This document shows positions 10,407 to 20,117 of a stretch of 64,000 bases of DNA, piece by piece (positions within the stretch are counted from its first letter, which is position 1; the number at the start of each line of letters is the position of its first letter). The position numbers were made by a program, and so were the translations under genes. The notes beneath the pieces are model-generated. The model did not search any database, was not told the origin of the DNA, and saw only the letters and a program-made list of their open reading frames with translations. The stretch is taken from NCBI GenBank assembly GCA_030637025.1, contig DAOVVV010000007.1, forward strand, positions 1 to 64,000, read 5' to 3'. Origin of the DNA: Clostridia bacterium (GTDB lineage Bacteria; CBDUZB01; JAGLHV01).

Positions 10407-11693
10407 ATGTCTAATCTTTGTGTTGTAGGTGCCCAATGGGGAGATGAAGGGAAGGGAAAAGTTATTCATTTTCTTTCCCGGGAAGCGGAGTATATTTGCC
10501 GTTATCAGGGGGGGAATAATGCCGGACATACTGTGGTAATTGGCGAGGATAAATTTGTCTTACATCTTGTTCCTTCCGGAATAATTTATCCGGGGAAGAA
10601 ATGTATTATTGGCAATGGAGTAGTAATAAATCCACAGGCTTTGTTGGATGAAATAAAATATTTAGGGGAAAAAGGAGTTGATGTTACCGGCCGTCTTTTT
10701 ATTTCTGATATGGCCCATCTTATATTTCCTTACCATTCTATGTTGGATGAAGCAAAAGAAAGAAGAAAAGGGAAAATAGGGACGACTAAAAGAGGTATCG
10801 GTCCTGCTTATATGGATAAGGTCGACCGGGTAGGGATTAGGGTTTGTGATCTGATGGATAAGGATATTTTTGCTCATAAATTAAAAGATACCCTTACTAT
10901 GCGTAACGCCCTTTTAGAAAAAGTTTATCAAAGGCCGGGATTGAAATATAAAGATTTATATCTTAAATACTGTGACTATGCTGAGCAATTACGTCCTTAT
11001 GTTACTAATACCAGTATTATGGTTAACGAAGTAATGAAAAAAAACAAAAAAGTTCTTTTGGAAGGGGCACAGGGAGTATTGTTGGATGTGGACTTTGGGA
11101 CTTACCCTTATGTGACTTCGTCAAATCCTTCCGCTGGCGGTGCGTGTGTAGGTTTAGGTATAGGTCCGAATAAAATAGATAAAATCTTAGGAATAATAAA
11201 GGCATATGTTACCAGAGTGGGGGATGGTCCTTTTCCTACCCGTTTAACATCTTCATTAGAGGAAAAAATACGGGAAAAAGGAGCAGAATATGGGGCTACG
11301 ACCAAGCGGCCCCGCAGAGTAGGTTGGTTTGATGCCGTGATGGTCAAACATTCGGTAAGGGTAAGTGGTATTGATTCACTGGCAGTAATGAAATTAGACG
11401 TGTTGGATGATTTAGATAAAATAAAAATATGTACCGGTTATAAATATAAAAATAAAATAATTAATGAATACCCGAGTCAGACTGTTATTTTAGAGGAATG
11501 TAAGCCTTGTTATGAAGAGTGGGAAGGGTGGAAGACTTCTACCGTAAAGATAAAAAAATATCAGGATTTACCTTCGAAAGCAAAAAAATATTTATCCCGG
11601 ATAAAACAATTAGCAGGAGTGCCTCTTTCTTTAATTTCCGTAGGTGCGGATAAAGATGCGACCATTCTGTTAAATAAAAATTTTTTTAAATAG
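10407..11693 (+). CDS. purA: Adenylosuccinate synthetase
   Basis: GAQWGDEGKGK, GGNNAGHT, GTYPYVTSS and EYGATTKRPRR motifs. Confidence 0.99.
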   Translation: MSNLCVVGAQWGDEGKGKVIHFLSREAEYICRYQGGNNAGHTVVIGEDKFVLHLVPSGIIYPGKKCIIGNGVVINPQALLDEIKYLGEKGVDVTGRLFISDMAHLIFPYHSMLDEAKERRKGKIGTTKRGIGPAYMDKVDRVGIRVCDLMDKDIFAHKLKDTLTMRNALLEKVYQRPGLKYKDLYLKYCDYAEQLRPYVTNTSIMVNEVMKKNKKVLLEGAQGVLLDVDFGTYPYVTSSNPSAGGACVGLGIGPNKIDKILGIIKAYVTRVGDGPFPTRLTSSLEEKIREKGAEYGATTKRPRRVGWFDAVMVKHSVRVSGIDSLAVMKLDVLDDLDKIKICTGYKYKNKIINEYPSQTVILEECKPCYEEWEGWKTSTVKIKKYQDLPSKAKKYLSRIKQLAGVPLSLISVGADKDATILLNKNFFK

Positions 11694-11875
11694 AGTATTA
11701 AGGCCTTAGCAGTGTTAGAAATAGAATAAAATCACAAAAATTCTAAACCGTCTCCGGAGGAACTTTAGAATTTGTTTTTTGTTCATAGCTGTTGACTATT
11801 GGTTATTCTTTGTTTTGTTTGTGATTTATAACTATTTGTTGTAGTCTATACTAAGCATTTGGTGGAGGAGGATAT

Positions 11876-13171
11876 ATGATTTCTCGGTATGCATTACCGG
11901 AAATGGAGCGTATTTGGGCGGAAGAAAACCGGTTTGAAAAGATGTTAGAGGTGGAAATAGCTGTTTGTCAGGCTATGGCCGATTTAGGTGAAATTCCGGT
12001 AGAAATAGTCCTGGAGATAAAGAGAAAGGCGAAAATTGATGTACAGAGAATAGGAGAAATAGAAAAGGAGACACATCATGATGTAATTGCTTTTTTAAAT
12101 TCCATTACTGAAAGTGTGGGAAAAGATGCATCGAGATTTATTCATCAGGGATTGACTTCTTCCGATGTCTTAGATACGGCATTGGCTTTACAAATGAAAG
12201 AATCGGCAGAAAAAATTTGTTTGGACTTAAAAAAATTGGCTGTTGTTTTAAAGAAAAAGGCTTTAGAGTATAAGATGGTCCCGATGATAGGTAGAACGCA
12301 TGGAGTACATGCTGAGCCGATTACTTTCGGTTTAAAACTTGCTCTGTGGTATGAAGAGATATTAAGGAACTTAGAACGTATAAATAGAGCTAAAAAAGTT
12401 ATTGCTGTGGGAAAAATTTCCGGGGCGGTAGGTACTTATGCGCATATTAGTCTTCAATGGGAAGAGTTGGTTTGTAAGAAATTAGGTTTAAAGATAGAAC
12501 CGGTTTCCAATCAAATTACTCAACGTGATCGGCATGCCGAGTTTATGTCGGCAATAGCTATTACAGCTTGCTCTTTGGAAAAATTTGCCGGGGAGATAAG
12601 AAGTTTACAAAGAACTGAAATTCTGGAGTTAGAAGAGCCTTTTATGCCGGGACAAAAGGGTTCTTCGGCAATGCCCCACAAACGAAATCCTATAAAATGT
12701 GAACAAATTTGTGGATTAGCCCGTATAATAAGGGGAAATCTTCATGCTTCTTTAGAAAATATTGCTTTATGGAATGAACGGGATATTTCTCATTCTTCGG
12801 TAGAGCGAATAATTCTTCCTGATAGTACTATCCTTATAGATTATTTGCTACAGAAATTTACCTGGATTATGGAGGGAATATTAGTTTATCCCCGTAATAT
12901 GTTGAAAAATATAAATCTTACCGGGGGATTAATCTTTTCCCAGAGGGTCTTTTTGGCTTTAGTAGATAAAGGGTTAAGCCGGGAACGTGCTTATGAATTA
13001 ATTCAAAAAAAAGCGATGCAGGCCTGGAAGAAAAAAGGTGATTTCAAGAGCTTAATATTAAAAGATCCGGAGATTAAAAAACATTTAAACAAGGATGAAA
13101 TAAAAAAATGTTTTAATATTGAGTGGTTTTTGCGTAATGTTGATAAAATTTTTAAACGGATAAACTTATAA
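11876..13171 (+). CDS. purB: Adenylosuccinate lyase
   Basis: GRTHGVHAEP and GSSAMPHKRNP fumarate-lyase signature. Confidence 0.99.
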   Translation: MISRYALPEMERIWAEENRFEKMLEVEIAVCQAMADLGEIPVEIVLEIKRKAKIDVQRIGEIEKETHHDVIAFLNSITESVGKDASRFIHQGLTSSDVLDTALALQMKESAEKICLDLKKLAVVLKKKALEYKMVPMIGRTHGVHAEPITFGLKLALWYEEILRNLERINRAKKVIAVGKISGAVGTYAHISLQWEELVCKKLGLKIEPVSNQITQRDRHAEFMSAIAITACSLEKFAGEIRSLQRTEILELEEPFMPGQKGSSAMPHKRNPIKCEQICGLARIIRGNLHASLENIALWNERDISHSSVERIILPDSTILIDYLLQKFTWIMEGILVYPRNMLKNINLTGGLIFSQRVFLALVDKGLSRERAYELIQKKAMQAWKKKGDFKSLILKDPEIKKHLNKDEIKKCFNIEWFLRNVDKIFKRINL

Positions 13172-13199
13172 AAAGGGATAAATAAAAAGGCTTTTTGTC

Positions 13200-13229
13200 T
13201 TGACAAGACGAAAGGAAATGTGGTATGCT
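13200..13229 (+). promoter_or_regulatory. Sigma70 promoter of rplU-rpmA
   Basis: TTGACA-18 bp-TATGCT with extended -10 TG. Confidence 0.6.
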
Positions 13230-13260
13230 AATTGTTTCAATCTTAAGGGAGGGATAAATT

Positions 13261-13575
13261 ATGTATGCAGTAATTGAAAGTGGAGGAAAGCAATATAAAG
13301 TTAAAGAAGGCGAAAAGATAATAGTAGAGAAAATAGATGTTCCGGTAGGCAATGAAATACAACTGGATAAAGTACTATTAGCGTCCAAAGAAAACGAAGC
13401 GTTGCTGGATAAATCTGCTCTGGAAAAAGTTAAGGTGGTAGGGGCAGTTATCAAGCAGGGCAAAGGTAAAAAGATAATCGTTTTTAAGAAAAAGAGAAGA
13501 AAAGATTATAAAAAAACTAAAGGACACCGTCAGTATTATACTCAAATAGAAATAAAACAAATAATAATTAATTAA
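13261..13575 (+). CDS. rplU: 50S ribosomal protein L21
   Basis: MYAVIESGGKQYKV, KGHRQ. Confidence 0.99.
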   Translation: MYAVIESGGKQYKVKEGEKIIVEKIDVPVGNEIQLDKVLLASKENEALLDKSALEKVKVVGAVIKQGKGKKIIVFKKKRRKDYKKTKGHRQYYTQIEIKQIIIN

Positions 13576-13672
13576 GCAGGATTTATTTAAATTTACCGAT
13601 TAATTTTCGGTTTACAAATTCGATTATTATAATTCTAATTAGGGCCGGGATAAAAAGGAGGAGATACGAAAA

Positions 13673-13930
13673 ATGGCACATAAAAAAGGTCAAGGCAGTA
13701 GTTCTAATGGCCGGGATAGTTGCGGAAAAAGATTGGGTGTGAAGAGATTTGGGGGGCAGGTTGTCACTGCCGGCAGTATCTTAGTTCGTCAGCGAGGAAG
13801 AAAATTTAAACCGGGCAGGAATGTAGGCATTGGTTCGGATGATACTCTTTTTTCTAAAATCCAGGGAACAGTGGCTTTTGAACGAATAGACCGTAAGCAC
13901 AGGAAGATAAGTGTATATCCTTTGAATTAA
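13673..13930 (+). CDS. rpmA: 50S ribosomal protein L27
   Basis: [25 protein letters not shown]. Confidence 0.99.
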   Translation: MAHKKGQGSSSNGRDSCGKRLGVKRFGGQVVTAGSILVRQRGRKFKPGRNVGIGSDDTLFSKIQGTVAFERIDRKHRKISVYPLN

Positions 13931-13980
13931 GCAATAAAACACGAGATTTATAAAAAATTTATAATAAGTATTTTAATAAC

Positions 13981-14072
13981 AATGGGAAACAGTTGATTAT
14001 GGTGATAGAACTTCAAAAAGAAATATTGTTTTGAATTTTTAAACACTGTAACCAAGCGTTTCTCATTTTTTT
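13981..14072 (+). terminator. Long imperfect hairpin followed by a T-tract between rpmA and obgE
   Basis: aatgggaaacagttgattatggtg pairs with cactgtaaccaagcgtttctcatt; inner ttcaaaa/ttttgaa stem; T-run follows. Confidence 0.5.
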
Positions 14073-14251
14073 TAAAGGTTATTGTTTTTGGTTATGGGGG
14101 AGTAATGTGTATTTGGAGTGCATTGTTCAAAACAGATTTTGTTTTTAATTTTCTGTTTTAGATTTACTGTCTTTTTTATATTATTTAACATTATTTAAGA
14201 AAGAATTTTATTTGCGTTCATTAATTGATTATAAGGGGAAGAAAAAATATA

Positions 14252-15529
14252 ATGTTTATTGATCTGGCAAAAATTTATGTTCAGGCAGGAAATGGCGGAA
14301 ATGGATGTATGAGTTTTCGCAGGGAGAAATATGTTCCTTTAGGTGGACCTGATGGAGGAGGGGGAGGTAAAGGGGGAGATATTATTATTAAGGCTAATAA
14401 GAGGTTAAAAACTCTTCTGGATTTAAGGAGGCATCCTCATTATCGGGCAGAAAATGGCAAGCACGGCCAGGGAAAAAAGAAACAAGGAAAAAAGGGAAAT
14501 GATAAGGTTATTATGGTCCCCTGCGGAACCATGGTTTATAAAATAAATGCTTCCTCTTCAGAGAAAATAAAAGAAAAAAAAGAATTGATTACTGATTTGG
14601 TTGAGGATAAAAAAGAAATAAAAATAGTTATCGGTGGCCGTGGAGGAAGAGGAAATGCAAGTTTTAAAACAGCGAAAAATGTTGCCCCCCATTTTGCGGA
14701 AAAGGGAGCATCAGGGGATAAAAGCATATTAAAGTTAGAGTTAAAACTCATTGCCGATGTGGGACTGGTCGGTTATCCTAATGCGGGTAAATCTACATTT
14801 TTATCAGTAGTTTCCTCTGCTCATCCTAAAATTGCTGATTATCCGTTTACTACTTTATTTCCCAACTTAGGGATGGTAAAAATAGGAGACGAAAGTTTTA
14901 TTTTTGCTGATATTCCCGGATTAATTGAGGGGGCGCATTCAGGGATAGGGTTGGGAGATAGTTTTTTACGGCATATTGAACGAACGCGTATTTTACTTCA
15001 TATGGTAGACCTTTCCGGATTTCAGGATAAATCACCGGAGGAAATATTTAAAATTACCAATAAAGAGATAAAATTATACAGCAAGAAGCTTTCAAGAAAA
15101 AAACAAATAATTGTCGCCAATAAAATGGATTTACCGCAGGCAAAAAAGGCATTAAAAGCGTTCAAGAAAAAATTACCCGGCTTTAAGATTTTCCCGATTT
15201 CCGCTGTTACCAAAGAAGGGATGGAGGATTTATTATATGAAACAGGGAAAGCGGTAAAAAAGATAGAAATTCCAAAAGAAGAGGTTGTACCGGTAAAATA
15301 TGTTTATGAGCCGGAGTTTAAAATAGAAAAGAGAACAGGTGTTTTTATAGTTTATGGTAAAAAAGTAGAAACTTTAATTGAGATGACCGATATAACTAAT
15401 GATGAAGCTGTGGGAAGATTGCAAAGGATTTTTAAAAAAATGGGTGTGGAAGAAGCTCTTAAAAAAAAGGGAGTTAAAGACGGAGATGGTGTTAAAATAG
15501 GGGATTATGAATTTATTTATGAAGAATAA
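14252..15529 (+). CDS. obgE: GTPase ObgE/CgtA
   Basis: Gly-rich Obg fold, GYPNAGKS, YPFTT, DIPGL, NKMD and a C-terminal OCT-type domain; ATG 14252 preferred over TTG 14225. Confidence 0.98.
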   Translation: MFIDLAKIYVQAGNGGNGCMSFRREKYVPLGGPDGGGGGKGGDIIIKANKRLKTLLDLRRHPHYRAENGKHGQGKKKQGKKGNDKVIMVPCGTMVYKINASSSEKIKEKKELITDLVEDKKEIKIVIGGRGGRGNASFKTAKNVAPHFAEKGASGDKSILKLELKLIADVGLVGYPNAGKSTFLSVVSSAHPKIADYPFTTLFPNLGMVKIGDESFIFADIPGLIEGAHSGIGLGDSFLRHIERTRILLHMVDLSGFQDKSPEEIFKITNKEIKLYSKKLSRKKQIIVANKMDLPQAKKALKAFKKKLPGFKIFPISAVTKEGMEDLLYETGKAVKKIEIPKEEVVPVKYVYEPEFKIEKRTGVFIVYGKKVETLIEMTDITNDEAVGRLQRIFKKMGVEEALKKKGVKDGDGVKIGDYEFIYEE

Positions 15530-15702
15530 ATTATAGATTTTGAGATGATTGTAAATAATGCGGGGAAAAAGTATTAATGTTTATATTTAATTAAGTTATT
15601 CCGGATTATTTACGGAAAAACAGAAATAGAGACAAAAGCATAAAAAGGTGTCAACTATTTTAGAATAAGACAAGATGAAGTATTGTTGCGGAGGGTAATT
15701 AG

Positions 15703-16806
15703 TTGAAATCAAGACGGATAATATTAAAGATAGGAACAGGTGTTTTAATTACACCGGAAGGAATATTTAATAAAAATCATATTAGCAAAATAGTAAATGA
15801 TATAGCAGCAGCACATAAAAGGGGAGAAGAAGTTGTTTTAATTAGTTCAGGGGCGATTACGGCAGGGATAAATAAATTAAAGTGGAAAGGTAGGTCTCTA
15901 AGCCTTCGGGAAAAACAGGCAGCTGCTGCTGTTGGTCAGAGTCAATTGATGAACCTTTATGAAGAGATATTTAGAAAGGTGAATTGTTTAACGGCTCAGA
16001 TTTTATTGACCGCTGATGATTTAAGTAATCGTCAGCGATATTTAAATGTGCGTAATACTTTGTTTACGCTTTTAAAACATAAAGTAATTCCGATAATTAA
16101 CGAGAATGATAGTGTTGCGGTAGAAGAAATAAAGTTTGGGGATAATGATACTTTATCTGCTCTGGTATCCAGCAAAATGGATGCTGATTTTTTAATTCTT
16201 TTAACCAATGTGGAGGGGTTTTTTACCGGTGATCCCCGAAAAGACAAAAAAGCTCAATTAATTAAAGAAATAAATGAAATATCTTCTTGTTTACAAAAGA
16301 AGGCACAGGGATCCGGGGATTGGCGTAGTACCGGAGGAATGCAAACAAAATTAGAAGCAGCAAAAATTGCTATTGCCAGTGGGGTGACTACTTTTATTGT
16401 AAATGGACTGAAAGAAGGAGTAATTACTAAAATACTGGATGGAGAAAATCCGGGAACAAAATTTTTATCTAAGAAAGTTAAAATAGCAGGGAAAAAGAGA
16501 TGGATTGCCTTTGGTGCTCGGATGAAAGGGAAAATAATGGTAGATGAAGGAGCGAAAGAAGCGTTAGTGGTTAAAGGTAAAAGTCTTTTACCTTCAGGTG
16601 TTAAAAAAACAGAAGGGGAATTCGGAATAGGAGATGGTGTTAGTATAGTAGATTTAAGCGGTCATGAATTTGCCCGGGGATTGAGTTTTTATTCTTCCGG
16701 GGAAATTAAACGAATAAAAGGGAAGTTAACCAAAGAAATAAAACATATTCTGGGATATAAGGATTATGATGAAGTAATTCATCGTGATAATTTAGTAGTT
16801 TTGTAG
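15703..16806 (+). CDS. proB: Glutamate 5-kinase
   Basis: KIGT, SSGAI, NENDSV, FGDNDTLSA, TGGMQTK and a C-terminal PUA domain. Confidence 0.97.
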   Translation: MKSRRIILKIGTGVLITPEGIFNKNHISKIVNDIAAAHKRGEEVVLISSGAITAGINKLKWKGRSLSLREKQAAAAVGQSQLMNLYEEIFRKVNCLTAQILLTADDLSNRQRYLNVRNTLFTLLKHKVIPIINENDSVAVEEIKFGDNDTLSALVSSKMDADFLILLTNVEGFFTGDPRKDKKAQLIKEINEISSCLQKKAQGSGDWRSTGGMQTKLEAAKIAIASGVTTFIVNGLKEGVITKILDGENPGTKFLSKKVKIAGKKRWIAFGARMKGKIMVDEGAKEALVVKGKSLLPSGVKKTEGEFGIGDGVSIVDLSGHEFARGLSFYSSGEIKRIKGKLTKEIKHILGYKDYDEVIHRDNLVVL

Positions 16807-16852
16807 ATAAAAATATTTTGATTTTTTAAATTTAAAGGAAAAATTACAAAAA

Positions 16853-17836
16853 GTGAAAGTATTAGTAACCGGAGCAAATGGATTTATCGGCAGTCATTTA
16901 GTCGAAGCGCTTATTCAAAAAGGATATAAAGTAAAGTGTTTAGTAAGAAAAACAAGTGATTTGAAATGGCTGGACAGGGAGAAAGTAAAACTTGTTTACG
17001 GTGATATTACTCAAAAAGAAAGTTTATTTACAGCTGTAGAAGGGGTGGACTATATTTATCATACAGCTGGTATTGTCAGAGCAGTAGACCGGAAAAAATA
17101 TTATTTGGTTAATCAATACGGGACACGAAATTTAATTCAGGTTTGTGCTCAGGTAAATTTTAATTTAAAAAAATTTGTGTACTTAAGCAGCCAGGCAGCC
17201 AGCGGTCCTGCGGATAAAGCAGATAAATTATTAAAAGAAGAAGACTGTCCCCACCCGATAACCGATTATGGGAAGAGTAAACTAAAAGGGGAAGAGGAAA
17301 TTATAAATTTTAAAGGCAAAGTGCCTTTTGTAATATTGCGCCCTTGCTCAGTTTACGGTCCGCGGGAAAAAGATATTTATGTTTATTTTAAAATGGCTAA
17401 ATGGGGAATTGTCCCTGTTTTAGGGAGAGAAGAAAAATATATAAATCTTTGTTATATTAAAGATTTAGTATCGGGCAGTATTCTGGCAGCAGAAAAAGAA
17501 AAAAGCCGGGGAAAAATTTATTTTATAGGTGATGGGCAAATATATTCCTGGACCCAAATCGGGAAAACAATTAATGAAGTATTCCGGGTAAGAGCACGAA
17601 AAATCGTAATTCCGGAAAAATTATTAAACGTTGTTTCTTTTTTTAACGAAGGAATATCTTCAATAACACAAAAACCCACAGTAGTTAATAACCAGAAAGT
17701 TTTAGAAATGAAACAAAAATATTGGCTTTTTGATATCTCACAAATTAAAGAAGATTTGAATTTTTCACCTAAAATTCCTTTATGCAGAGGAGTAAAACTT
17801 AGTGTTGATTGGTATCGTCAAAATCATTGGTTATAA
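16853..17836 (+). CDS. NAD-dependent epimerase/dehydratase (extended SDR)
   Basis: TGANGFIG Rossmann motif and YGKSK catalytic motif. Confidence 0.9.
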   Translation: MKVLVTGANGFIGSHLVEALIQKGYKVKCLVRKTSDLKWLDREKVKLVYGDITQKESLFTAVEGVDYIYHTAGIVRAVDRKKYYLVNQYGTRNLIQVCAQVNFNLKKFVYLSSQAASGPADKADKLLKEEDCPHPITDYGKSKLKGEEEIINFKGKVPFVILRPCSVYGPREKDIYVYFKMAKWGIVPVLGREEKYINLCYIKDLVSGSILAAEKEKSRGKIYFIGDGQIYSWTQIGKTINEVFRVRARKIVIPEKLLNVVSFFNEGISSITQKPTVVNNQKVLEMKQKYWLFDISQIKEDLNFSPKIPLCRGVKLSVDWYRQNHWL

Positions 17837-18050
17837 GATTCCGATTTTTTTTGTAAGCGAAAGAACTTTAGTTAAATATAATTATTGATATGTTTTTTTA
17901 AATTCCCTTGAAGGGAAACGAAGGGGCTCGGTTTTATTTCCTCTCATTTTGCTGTGTAAAAATTATGAGGGATAAACCGTTTGATGTCCCGTAGCTTGTT
18001 GCGGGAAAGAAGGTATTTTAAAATTTATTGAAAGGAGTGAAGATAAAAAG

Positions 18051-18929
18051 ATGGCTACAAAAATTATTAAAGGGAAAGAAATTGCTTTTCATTTACGGGA
18101 AGAATTGAAGAAAAAAGTCTCCGATCTTAAAACAAAAAAAGGAATTATTCCGGGATTAGTTACAATTCTGGTGGGGGATGATCCTGCTTCTAAGATCTAT
18201 GTAAGAAGTAAAAAAAAGGCATGTGAGGAGATTGGTATTTATTCTGAAATTTGTCAATTAGATGCCAATACGGGAGAGGGAGAATTGCTGGAACGCATTA
18301 GACGATTTAATAATAACCCCAAAATTCATGGTATTTTAGTACAATTACCACTTCCCAAACATATAAGAACGGAAAAAATGATAGAGGCTATTTCCCCTAA
18401 AAAAGATGTAGACGGTTTTCATCCTTTAAATATGGGGAAATTATTACTTAAAAAAACAATGGCGGAAATTTTAAGATCGGAAATATTTATTCCTTGTACC
18501 CCTTACGGAATTATGGAGCTGTTGAATTTTTGCGGAACACCAATAAAAGGGGCAGAAGCAGTAATAGTAGGGAGAAGTAATATTGTAGGGAAACCCTTAG
18601 CCATTTTATTATTAGCGGAAAATGCTACAGTGACTATTTGTCATTCGCAAACAAAAAATTTAGCAGAGATAACCAAAAAAGCTGATATATTAGTTTCTGC
18701 TGTAGGAAAACCCGAAGTAATTACGGCTAAAATGGTTAAAGAAGGAGCGGTTGTGATTGATGTAGGTATGAATCGATTAGAGGTTGGTTTAGTCGGGGAT
18801 GTAAAGTTTGATTCTGTGGCTAAAAAAGCAAGAGCTATTACCCCTGTTCCCGGAGGGGTGGGGCCAATGACCATTAGTATGCTTTTAGTAAATACAGTAA
18901 AAGCAGCGAAATGGTCAGCAGGATTGTAG
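18051..18929 (+). CDS. folD: Methylenetetrahydrofolate dehydrogenase/cyclohydrolase
   Basis: YVRSK, LVQLPLP, KDVDG, PCTP, GRSNIVGKP, TPVPGGVGPMT. Confidence 0.99.
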   Translation: MATKIIKGKEIAFHLREELKKKVSDLKTKKGIIPGLVTILVGDDPASKIYVRSKKKACEEIGIYSEICQLDANTGEGELLERIRRFNNNPKIHGILVQLPLPKHIRTEKMIEAISPKKDVDGFHPLNMGKLLLKKTMAEILRSEIFIPCTPYGIMELLNFCGTPIKGAEAVIVGRSNIVGKPLAILLLAENATVTICHSQTKNLAEITKKADILVSAVGKPEVITAKMVKEGAVVIDVGMNRLEVGLVGDVKFDSVAKKARAITPVPGGVGPMTISMLLVNTVKAAKWSAGL

Positions 18930-19010
18930 AATAAAAATGTGATAGAAGGCACATAGCAAAATTGATAGATTTGTGATATATTTAGATATAAGAAAAAATA
19001 AGTAATAAAA

Positions 19011-19136
19011 ATATCTGAAAAAGCAAATCTGCTGTAAGGTAGAAACTCTTACAGGAATTTCTGTGGGATCCGATTAAAAATCGGAGCAAAGCTGAGGGAT
19101 CCATCTGAGACGGATTAGCCGAGCTGCCGAAGATAT
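19011..19136 (+). ncRNA. GEMM-I (c-di-GMP-I fold) riboswitch aptamer, A20 variant with a 39-nt insertion
   Basis: P1 atatct/agatat; A-GC-AAA-tctgct-GTAA-ggtaga-AAC-[insert]-GC-AAAGC; P3 ending tagccgagctgccga. Confidence 0.8.
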
Positions 19137-19162
19137 AAAAGGCAGGTCGGTTTTTGTTTTTT
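19118..19162 (+). terminator. Riboswitch expression platform: intrinsic terminator overlapping the aptamer 3' strand
   Basis: gccgagctgcc pairs with ggcaggtcggt, followed by ttttgtttttt. Confidence 0.7.
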
Positions 19163-19258
19163 AAGCTATGTTTTCATAATCTGCAGAATAGATATAAAGA
19201 CAGTTAAAAGACGATTAAAAAACAGTTTCAATTGGTTTAGATTAGTTTAATTAGTTAG

Positions 19259-19825
19259 AAAAGACAGAATTATCAAATAGGGACAAAAAGTGTAAACGAT
19301 GTCCCCGGTTTAAAATGTAAACCATGTTGGTGTTGCACAGTACCTGTAAATACTAATGTTTCTATTTACATAAGCTCCTCCTTGAATAATTCAATGTGGA
19401 CCGATTGGATTTTAGTTGAAGAAAATGCAGTTAGTGATATATTTTATGAATTACCAGAAATAAATCAGCAGAGATATGCTAAATGGAAATTAGTTTTAAA
19501 TACTGCTAATTCGTTGATAACACCGGAGATTGAGAAAGTTGTTTTTGTCTCTGGAACGGGAGCGGATAGAATTATAGTGTTTCCTAATCCTTATATAACA
19601 AAATTAAATTCAAATAAAATTATAATTTTTGCTAATTTATCAGAAGAAGCGACGATAAGGATTTACACTATATCGGGCAAGTTAATAAAAATAATAAAAC
19701 ACAAAGATATAGCCGATGGAGGTAGTGAAGAATGGAATGTTTCCGATGTAGCCAGCGGTATATATATATATTGCATTGATGGACCTTCAGGAAGAAAAAA
19801 AGGTAAAGTAAGTATAATAAAATAA
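19259..19825 (+). pseudogene. 5'-truncated remnant of a secreted protein with a T9SS-like C-terminal sorting domain
   Basis: C-terminal VFPNPY...IRIYTISGKLIK...W...VASGIYIY...GKVSIIK; the frame stays open upstream of TTG 19382 back to a stop at 19256 with no ATG, RBS or signal peptide. Confidence 0.6.
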
Positions 19826-20004
19826 TTGATAAAAAGGGAATATTAGGAAAATACAAAAAAAAAGAAGAAGGAAGATAAGCTTTATTAAAATTGTGGTATG
19901 TGTTTTTTTTATTTAAAAAATTTGCGTTATATTTAAAAAACAGATATAATAATAGAAAAAAAATAATTAGCTGTAGTATCATTAGAAGTGCTGAAAAATA
20001 GAGA

Positions 20005-20049
20005 AGTGACCAAAATCACCTACCTAAAACAGAAAATCTGTGTTATGTT
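20005..20049 (+). promoter_or_regulatory. CRP/FNR-like box plus extended -10 (copy 1)
   Basis: aGTGA-ccaaaa-TCACc at 20005-20020; TGt-TATGTT at 20041-20049. Confidence 0.5.
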
Positions 20050-20117
20050 TAAAAAGGAAATGGAACAATAATAAATTTTTTTGATTGCAAAACCGCTAAA
20101 ATGTTAAAAAACAAAGA

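Noticed and set aside
13576..13672. ysxB/prp gene between rplU and rpmA
   Set aside because: The spacer is under 100 bp and L27 starts directly with MAHKK, so there is no Prp-cleaved extension.
17902..18008. THF or ZTP riboswitch upstream of folD
   Set aside because: The conserved sequence motifs of these classes were not found by eye. It is kept only as an unexplained structured leader.
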